Assembly (NCBI GenBank): GCA_951406725.2
Contig: OX597825.1
Span: 38,068,001-38,132,000 of the forward strand
Origin: Octopus vulgaris
Taxonomy: Eukaryota
Reading direction: 5' to 3'
DNA length: 64,000 nucleotides
Positions 54,365-64,000 of the stretch are shown piece after piece; position 1 is the first letter of the stretch; every line of letters starts with the position of its first letter. The notes under the pieces are model-generated. The model saw nothing but the letters and a program-made list of their open reading frames with translations, made no database searches and was not told the origin of the DNA. Both the position numbers and the translations under genes were made by a program.

Positions 54365-54494
54365 GGCGGCGAGCTGGCAGAATCGTTAGCACGCCGGGCG
54401 AAATGCTTATCGGTATTTCGTCTGCCGCTACGTTCTGAGTTCAAATTCCGCCGAGGTCGACTTTGCCTATATTTCGGGGTCGATATATACCAGT
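54365..54494 (+). mobile_element. SINE family A, well-preserved head
   Basis: ggcggcgagctggcagaatcgttagcacgccgggcgaaatgctta...gagttcaaattccgccgaggtcgactttgcc. Confidence 0.9.
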
Positions 54495-54548
54495 ATATAT
54501 ATAATCGAATATATATGTAATTGAATATATATATATGAATATATATGT

Positions 54549-54600
<52 letters not shown>

Positions 54601-55405
54601 GCACACATATGAATATATGTGTAAGTATGTGCGTTTATTTATGCATAGCTGCATTGAAATGAATGCTCTTTGTACACATTTCTTCCCTTCAGTGCGAGAG
54701 TTAGATATTGAAATTTTGAGCCATATTCGAATATATGACATAAATTGGTACTATTTTAATAATCAACCAATTCGTTGTGTTTACCTAATTAATGATTTCA
54801 CTTAGTTAGAATTTTGATTTCCTAACAACTATTATTACATATATATCAACTTATTGAACTAATAAATACTACGACCCTCCGTTTAGAGGCATTATAACTC
54901 TCTTCGCGTACACACAATTTATATATATAAGTTGAATGCGTTTCTTAAATTGTTTGTTTCTTCTCCATATCATCCAACTGCAAATCAACATTATTAGTGT
55001 TTGTAATTCTAGTCAATCCTGAATAACATGGAATAGATCAAAACTGTATTAAATATGAACTGCTACATGCATGTAGTAATTTTCTTCATTAATAAGACTA
55101 AATTATGTCTCGAAACACAACTTAATACCTAGGATATATGTATCTTATTAGTACTATCTTTCCTTTCATTTATACGTTACATGTGTGCCACATTAAATTA
55201 TTTTAACTAAAGATTATTCAACAATTTTTGACTATTACACATATACACTTAAATATGGGCATGTTTGTACGTATACACATATGCGTGTCTGACTGTGTTA
55301 CACTCACACACACACAAACACATATTTATACATATGTGCGCATATGTGTACAGGTATAGCATGTGTACATATATGAGTATATCTAAATATTTGTATATGT
55401 GTACG

Positions 55406-55447
<42 letters not shown>

Positions 55448-56497
55448 CCGCCACATATATATATATATATACATATATGTATATATATATATGTATGTAT
55501 CAATATGAATGCATCAATATGTATGTATGTTTATGAAATGTATTCGATATCGCTGCAGTCATACCTATACCAGCTATGCCGTTCAAAATTTTGTCTTTAG
55601 GATGCACAATAAATTATGTGTACATTCACTAAGCAGGAATAAATCTATTAATACTTCTCCGCAATTTCTTGACAGCAAATGGAAACGTTTACGCATACTG
55701 AATACTTTCAGACGACATGTTTCAATGTCCGTGAGAAGTTTGCTCATTACTTAGGAAACAAGAATTCTAAGAAAAGAACGGATGTGAATTGGATTAGTTT
55801 ATAAGCACATGAGTGCTTCTAATATGTAAAGTGACGTTACTGGCTACCTTGTTTACGAACAATACCCATGGATTTGATTTGTCATGATTCTCAGAGAAAT
55901 ATAACAGGTCAGCTATATGTACATCCTTACTAAATAGCTCGTAGGGAACAGTTCCATGCTGTTTTGATAGTAGCTTGCATAGAATTGCAGTTGTAGATGA
56001 TGTGAAAGAAAACTTTTTCTCTAGATCTATGCTTTAATTTAAAGTATGCGCAAACAGCTTAATGCATTATTAGTTATGAAGAAATATTTTCGTAGAAAAT
56101 AAATCGTCATTGTTACAATACGAATGGTAATATTTGCCAATATTACCAAGTATCCAATATATGCTCTGCATAACAGCGTATATATTTCCATCGGCGATTT
56201 TAACTGTACTGAATTGGAATCAGTTTTTATGAATTGTATAATATTTTATGGTATGGCAAAAAGGTAGACAACTTGCAATACATCCTGGCATTATATATGA
56301 CTATAAGACGATAAATTGTTGATGCATCAAACTATAATATGATAAGTGCCAACTCCCGAAGCTCTTGGTCTTTGCGCCACTCTGTTACTTCTGTTACATA
56401 TATCTATACATCTATATCTATAAGTATTTGTCTCCATATCTATATTTCACACTCGCACACACACACACACACACACTCTCTCTCTCTCTCTCTCTCT

Positions 56498-56534
<37 letters not shown>

Positions 56535-57000
56535 AAAGTAAAAAAATATATACAAACTGGGACAAGAACGTGAAACACCTAGAAGACGACACAAGAAACA
56601 CAGGACGGGACATTCGAAGCCCTCAATCATCAGTCAAGAACCGGATCATCTTCGCAATTTCGGCTGATTAATCTTGAGATTGTTCCGATCTGGGCAGCCC
56701 CCAAGAGAAATCTAAGCCAAGCGCATTAGATCCCTTGGGAGAAAGCCTCGAATGTATACAACACAAGGACAGAAAACGGACGACGTACACGAATAAAAAT
56801 ACAAAAATACGTAAAAACAATAAAGAAAGCACGAATAAGAATACAAATACGTAAAAACAATAATGGTAAGGATAAAAACAAAACCAGGACGTCAGGACAA
56901 GTGTCTTTCGACAGGACGAGTTGAGTTTGGGGCTGGCTAGTGGAAGAGTGCCTTTAGGCCACGGGAGACAAACAAATACGTGTTGCTACAATGACTGCTG
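56535..57000 (-). mobile_element. Penelope-type pLTR (family 3) between TA tracts
   Basis: It carries a permuted hammerhead, a hairpin at 56701-56738 and an ~35 bp internal duplication (56789 and 56831). The PLE assignment is inferred from this architecture. Confidence 0.6.
56619..56693 (-). ncRNA. Non-circularly permuted hammerhead (family 3) with a kink-turn-like stem III extension
   Basis: CAA-U-C|UCAAGA ... ucagcc-GAAA-UUG ... UCUUGA-CUGAUGA-uugagggcu. Stem I is 6 bp and stem III 4 bp, with an AUC site. The stem II register is ambiguous. Confidence 0.7.
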
Positions 57001-57001
57001 G

Positions 57002-57035
<34 letters not shown>

Positions 57036-57036
<1 letters not shown>

Positions 57037-57449
57037 ACCTGAATAGGATAAGCTACCCCTATTTTGCAGAAAAAAAGTGTTGGTGTCCGGCTATGAGACT
57101 CGAACTCACACCTCCGTGATTAATTGTCGCGGTGAACTGAAGCAGTTAAACTATACAGCCAACACCAAAAATTATTCCGCAAATTTAAGATATATAGAAA
57201 TCTCGCTTTATGAGACGCTATCATACGTTAGATTCATATTACGATAAACGTAAACAAACAAACGAAGTTTGCTTTAGAAGCGATGAGATGTCTTAGAAAG
57301 TTAAAGAAGTGATTTTGAATTCTCAAATGCAGAATAATGCTAATAATATAGCCCGAACAGGATAAGCTACCCCTGTTTTACAGAAAAAAGTATTGCCGGC
57401 CGGCTTAGAGACTCGAAGTCACACCTCCGTGATTACACGTCGAGGTGCT
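57036..57449 (-). repeat. Partial tandem (~314 bp period) of a tRNA-like unit
   Basis: 57041-57135 and 57355-57449 align. The minus strand has an A-box-like TATAGTTTAACTG, B-box GTTCGAGTC, an anticodon-like arm and a T7 run. Confidence 0.65.
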
Positions 57450-57480
57450 CTCTCTCTCTCACTCCCCCCTCTATCTGTCT

Positions 57481-57539
<59 letters not shown>

Positions 57540-57541
<2 letters not shown>

Positions 57542-58684
57542 CCGCAGAAGGAAGTACCGCAGAAATACCATCTGGTTTGCCCCCCCCCTACATTTCTTTT
57601 AACACAAAACGCCCGTTGGTAGAATATTCTTTTATTTAATATGTAAGAATTTCACTAGCTCCCATAGGTACTGGTCCATTTTCAACAGGAAAACGGTATC
57701 GTCTCATTTAGCTGTGTCCCCAATATCAAGAGCATCCTTGCACCGCCCCTCAACCACAGGAAGAGGCAGGATGTTCATGCAGGGATCGCAACAGATGCTC
57801 GGTGGGAAGCCACTGCGAAACCAAAGGGGTCGTCTATGAAGCTGAAGTACTAGCAAATCCCGGTAGTACCACCGGTAGAAGTAATTGCATGGCAGAGACG
57901 AGAACAGAACTAGCAACACCGCTACCATCGTCACATTTAACAATATTAGCGACAGTAGCAATAACACTACCAGCGGCAGCAGTGGCAGTTCCCCCGACCG
58001 CAACAACACTGACGACAGCAGCAGCAGCAACGCCGTCAGCACCAGCATTACCAAGGGCTTCCCTAACTTCTACAGTAGCAGACCTGACAACTCCTATAGC
58101 AGCAGAAACAGGACCAGTGCCACCGCCAGCTATAAACGCAATAACAATTCCACCAATGACTAGGACCACAATAACAACAACAGCACCTTCGCCATAACCG
58201 ACAGTAGCGATATCATTTCCGAGGCTAGCACCGACTCCAGCAGTGCCAACACTAATAGTCCCAGCTCCAACAACAACAATGTCGGCAGCAGCAGCAGCAG
58301 CAGTAACTATAACAACAACACCAGCAGGAACAGCAACGACAACACACGCCCACGGAGCTTCATTGGTTTTTAAGGGAACTCTTTCAAGCAACCTTTCTCC
58401 AACCGCAGATCCTTCTCAGAGTTCCGCGAAGGAGATACATGACATCACTAGCTACTCACGTCTAGTAACTAAGAGACCCTGGGATTCCATATTCGATCTC
58501 ATGGAAAATTCTCGACAACGCAGGCCCCTACATCAACAGACGAAGCGATTTAAGTTATGCATAGCTGAACGCGCGAGAACCCTAAAAGACTCACTCGAAC
58601 CAGCCTTCTCCATTTTTAATATATACTGCTCTGCATCTTAGAGTGTGCTTCTTCCTTCGGATTTTTGTATTTATGTTTTCAACT

Positions 58685-58690
<6 letters not shown>
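57540..58690 (+). mobile_element. Naiad-like PLE remnant: thumb/linker plus GIY-YIG, frameshifted
   Basis: Motifs: RRNTIWFAPP, SIFNRKTVS, FSCVPNIKSIL, CSCRDRNRCSVGSHC, GVVYEAEV, SFIG, TSLATHV, IPYSISWKIL and LCIAE. It is flanked by (TA)n. Confidence 0.8.
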
Positions 58691-58777
<87 letters not shown>

Positions 58778-61700
58778 TGTATGTATGTATGTACTATTGT
58801 ATATAGATTATAGTGTAGTTTGAGGTTAAATATATATGCAAAACTCTATGTTCATTGATAGAATGATGAAGAGCTGTATTAGTTTATCTCTTCGTGTGTG
58901 ACTAACGAAGTACCGAACAATGAAGCAAAGATTCATATACAGTATCATTCATTCATCCTCAGATGTTTATGTTTTATAACGTAGAGATGAAATTGTGTGA
59001 TTATACATGGTGGGGGTAATATGATATGCCTAAAACTCGTTGTGGAAAGAATCTTCTATGACGAACAATTTAGAACAACAACAGTCAGTATTTCACCTTG
59101 CTTATCACAAAACCGTAAACCTTCAACAGATATGAAAAAGTATATTAACCATCAACGGTTAAAACTGTAAAAATAGCCCCTTAAAAATTGAGTGTTAGAC
59201 CCACCCATGATGTTTGTAGTCAAATAACTTCAGTGTTAGCTTCTGAATAGAAGAGAGAGAGAGAGAGGGGGAGGGAGAAAGTGAGATTTCTCATCTGAAT
59301 TAGCAGCTCGGTAAGTTAAGAAACCGTGTGAATGTATTACTCTTTTTGTATATATGTCTTTTATACTCTCGTGGGATACCTGACAAATGTAACGGTACTA
59401 CAGTGTTGAGATTCAAACTAATGTTGTAATGGGGAATGTACAAATTCAAAAGCAGTACAAGCAGTTTGGATTTCATTTGCAAGAATTAGGTTGACATCTT
59501 GCAACATGTATCAAGTGTTAAATAACGAAGAATATAAAAGCCTTCAGAATTGTGCCATACCATTGCAACTTGATAAAAACGTGATATGAGAAACGGTGCT
59601 GACCCATATTTGATTCAATGCAATTTTTTAAAAGTAGAGATTGTGATTCCTTTTGTGTATACTTATTGATTACTTTTGTGAATAGTAGGTGATTTTATAT
59701 GAAACCATGTTTGAAATATAAGTTTTGTGTATTTTGTGTTATTCATTCTAAATATTGTGTTGTGTTGTATTTGAAAAACAAAAAAGAAGGGAAAACTTGT
59801 ATTTGGATATAAAAAGAAACCGGACATAAATAAAAACATTTTCATTTCAAGTTTCCTTGACATTGATAATTTTTATAATGAAACTATGGTACTATGAACC
59901 ATATGGATGCTTAATAACAATGTAAATCCTTTGGATTAATAATAGTCATAAATAAAATTTTTGAATGCCTAACCTTTCACAGAACCCCTTAAATCAATAT
60001 TAAGAAATATAAAGCAACAGAAAATATTATTAAAAAGGTAAACTATTACAATATAAATATACTAGAAAATAGTTTGAGGAGAAAATGAATTATTTGATTA
60101 TCGATAAATATTTAAATTTATGTAAATTCAGGCAGTGATTAGCAATCTTCAGAGGGCAAAAATTCCTATTCATATCATTTTATTCAGTATCTTTTATCTG
60201 TGCATCATTTTATTCAAGAGAAGAAAGGCAATATAGTTTAATTAATATTTCACAATGTCCGTAGATAGTTTTCGTTCTTTATCGATCTGCATTGAATAAT
60301 CGATCTGTATAGCAAGTAATTAATAGAATTCATTACAAACATTTTTTAACACAGATGTTTCATGAAACATGTCAATATCTTCAAATTCTCAAGGACAGTG
60401 GATGTTATCATCAGTAAATTGGTGGACGAATGGAGATATGGCTTTGCATTCAAAGTTAGATTTCTATCCGATTGTCGACTTAATGTTTAACGCCATATTT
60501 TATCGATGAATACCGCCACAGAGTGTAGTAAATGTAGATTAGTGGTTCAGTCTTTTGTGCCGAAGGAAATATAATTTAGAACATACAGAGATTTAGATAT
60601 ACTATTGAAACTAACTGAATTTTATTAATAAATGATAGAAATAAACAAAAGTCGCTGAATACCATTGTCACTAAACTATGTATTTGAGTTATTTCTCTGT
60701 AGCAGAAAAGTTGCAATATGCACTAAGCTGCACTGAAGGCCATTTTTTGAAAGAGTTCGCAGGTTTTACATATTGCAAACTGTTATTTCTTTACTATGCT
60801 ATTATTGCGCTGTGTATTGATGTTAGATGAATGATGGAAATTATGCATGATAGAAGCTCGTGACCCAAATAAAACAGTTTGTTATGGTTGCTTCAGTTGT
60901 CATTCCCCGCTCAACATTGCGTATTTTTTCCAGGCATTATAAAACATTAAGAAAACATATCTCCCTTTGTATAACGGTAGGATGTAGTTTCAAGTTTAAG
61001 GAAGAGCTTACTGCAATATTTAGGTACTTATTGAACGAGATAATATAAGCTTTTTTTGTCATGCTTCATGCCAGGATTTATACAATTCTCATGTAACCTT
61101 TGGAAAATTATGAATAAAAAATGGTTTAATGAGTAATGTATCTACATTGCTAAAATCTGCTACTAATTACAAACGAAAATGTTACTGATTAACCCCAGGC
61201 GCAAAATAGTAATAAGAATTGAATTTAAAAATATTTGCTCATATGTTTCTGAGTCTATACGTGCATATGCACGTGAATGCAAGGAATAATCTTTGATGTA
61301 TATTTTCAATTGCGATGTTCTTTCACTTTATATTTCCTAAGAAAATATATGATTATATTCTAGTAACCTATGAAAATCTGCACAACATTTCAAGAATGCA
61401 ATATTTATTCAGATAGTTCATGTCTGCCAGTAGTGAACAGAATTCTTAAACATATTTTGGCAAATGAAATCAGAAAAACTGAATTCTGTGTAGTTAAAAG
61501 TATTTATATAGGAAAACAAATAAAAAAGCACAGACGTTTCATGTTACAAATCTATTTCTATCAGAAGCAACGAAGAATTGTACCTTCCGAATTTAATTAG
61601 AGACAGTATCTAACCTAACTAAGCTAAAATATTGCAGCCAATTAGTAAGCATATCGAATACATGAACAGATTTGGAAATGCAGCTATCAATAGATTTGAT

Positions 61701-62478
61701 TCAGGCAATGTTACATTACATCAAAAATAGGCAGAGGAAACAGAAAGTGAAAGCCATGCAAATTAAAATTGTAAACTAGATCACGAGAAACGAATAAAAT
61801 GATTCCATTACTATGTTACCTGTTTAGTTAGTTCATCAACATTAAAGAAAAGATAACGAGTATATCGTACTGAAACTAGACGTATCATACATAGTGTTTA
61901 TTCTTTAACTAATTGGAAATCGTTACAATATTGCTAGTTGTAATATTGAGAAATGTTAGGGTAAACGAGAGAAAAATGTAAGCATCTGTCGAACGAAAGC
62001 GATAACCACACTATCGATTATTATTTGAAAGACGTTAGAAAGTCATGAAAGTAACTATATTTTTCAATAAATTCCAAAGCAGTTGCACAAAAAATGCCGA
62101 TCAAAAAATTATAAACATATAGGTATAGCCAAAGATGCGTAGTTAACGTTAATTTCGGAGAACCATTTTACCGAGTTTCATATAACTGTGTGTCACATTA
62201 GGAGTAGTGCTGAACAAATTCTAATTGACATTTTTAAATGGAATCTGCACAGACTTATTTAGTTTTAAATGGTTACATTGAAAAAGGATGTAAATCAGTA
62301 CATTCAAACAAATATTTTATATAGCTTTGCAGACAAACGATCAGAAATCTGCACAACACAGGATAATTTCATTAACGTCCTCATAGATTAGTGATGCAAT
62401 ACGTTGGGCCTAAGAACAATTGCTGCAAGAAACCATCGATACATTCATCTGACGACTCCACTATAGTGCACGAAAGCG

Positions 62479-62531
<53 letters not shown>

Positions 62532-64000
62532 TTATAAAAACATGTAACACGTACACACACTCAAAAAGATATACGTATATATACGTGTCCCTTAAGCATC
62601 AGCTATTGTTATCAAATAATTTATCATACAGAATTTATTTGTTAATGAGTATTATAAAAAAAAAACATGAAATGATAGCACATTTAAACGAAAACTCACT
62701 GTGATACACAGATATTTCATCGAATGCTCAGATCTGTTACTTTGTGTATGTGGCCTTTGCGTTTGTCGCAGAAGGTAATTTCTAAAATACAAATATGTAT
62801 TGAAGATTGAAGTGCTGTATATATTGGTAATTACCGGTTATATCTAGCAATAGGTGATCATGATTATGAATAATGGAAGCTTGTATTGCACTGGCATCCC
62901 ATATTTCAGTAAGTATCGTGCACATGATCTTGGCTTTCTTTTCCCAGTACTTGCTTTATAAACTACACGTGGTTAGTACATCGACGCTATTCTTTGATTA
63001 TAATATATGATAACATGAATATGTGCTGAAGATATTGAAAATATTGTAACTATTATAATAGGAAACATTTTCTAACATTAGTGGTAATTGAAAATGTTAC
63101 ACTTGTAAAACATTTATGGTACGCTATGTTTATAGAAATGCTTTTTGTAATATTCCTGAGTCACTGGCGACATACATTAACAAGAATATACTGCAGTACC
63201 TTGGAGCCCTCAAATGTTTTCTCTCTCAAAACAACCATCAGTAAGAGTTTCTCCCTAATCCTGGTTTAAAAATGGTTTACTTTTCGTATTGAAATCTACC
63301 AGAAGCGTTTCTTGGACAGATTTGACAAAAGAAGTTTTTTTGACTTCGACAACAGCAAAGCTTTCATTCTTATCACGAGTGTAAATTCTCGGTCCTAATT
63401 CCTTGCATATGAGCTCTGTCCGTCTGCCAACTCTACAGTTGCAGATTCTTGTTAAATTGCTCTTATCTTCTTCTGTGCATTACTCAAAACATCTGACAAC
63501 ACACCATTGATTTATCATCACGTTAACCAACGAACATTTGAATGATTGGTGAAACAGGTGCTGAATGTTGTTCCAGAACTGTTGTAATATATCAGCTGCA
63601 AGTATAGTTTCTGGAAAGCATTGTCTACCAAATTCGTATACCATACGCCAAAACAATACAGATTCCACGAAGATAGGTGTCGGAATTATTATCTAAAAGT
63701 ACTAAGCTAAACATGCAGCTTGGTAAAGAAAGGAAATGTTAATGCTACTCACATCAAGAAACCCTCAAGGCTTTATTCTTCAAAATAATTATGGTCAGTA
63801 GACAAGAAAAACACCTTCAGAATCGCTTCAAATATTTAATATTATTACAAGGACAATCTCAGATTTTAAAAATAAATTCTTTATACAGATATGAAAGCAT
63901 CAATAAAGTCGCACTTCTTTTCAAAGCCAGAAGGTATTTCATCCATAAATGATTAATGAAATTCTACAAAACGCAGCTGAGGCCTATTGCTTATTCTGTG

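Noticed and set aside
56125-56148. 10-bp stem hairpin tggtaatatt-tgcc-aatattacca
   Set aside because: Short and AT-rich; compatible with chance in 64 kb.
57769-57816. Possible selenocysteine codons in the Naiad-like CxC motif
   Set aside because: All four Cys codons are TGT or TGC; there is no in-frame TGA.
57802-58641. Mucin-like Thr/Ala-rich and Val/Ala-rich ORFs as a host gene
   Set aside because: They are alternative frames of the triplet-rich insert inside the PLE endonuclease remnant.

Overview
AT-rich, microsatellite-dense eukaryotic DNA. The SINE and repeat content points to an octopus or related coleoid cephalopod (inferred from remembered repeat families, not from a search). No host gene is confidently visible, and most short ORFs in the track are microsatellite artefacts. 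Transposable elements dominate and are mostly inserted in (TA)n tracts: a 5'-truncated Penelope-like element (PLE) with an uninterrupted RT+GIY-YIG ORF (13508-15493, -), a Naiad-like PLE endonuclease remnant, many PLE pseudo-LTR (pLTR) fragments, an RTE LINE, a mariner, an R4/Dong-type remnant, a non-autonomous Helitron and three tRNA-derived SINE families. The main finding is that three pLTR families with different stem sequences (27531-27609 and 28321-28399 +, 30822-30897 -, 56619-56693 -) carry hammerhead ribozyme cores whose three strands run in reversed, non-circularly permuted order. Stems I and III covary between families, and a kink-turn or bulged-G-like motif extends stem III. Minimal type I hammerheads also occur, including a U3-A8 core variant and forms with a long stem II. 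All folds were derived by hand and none has been tested for activity.
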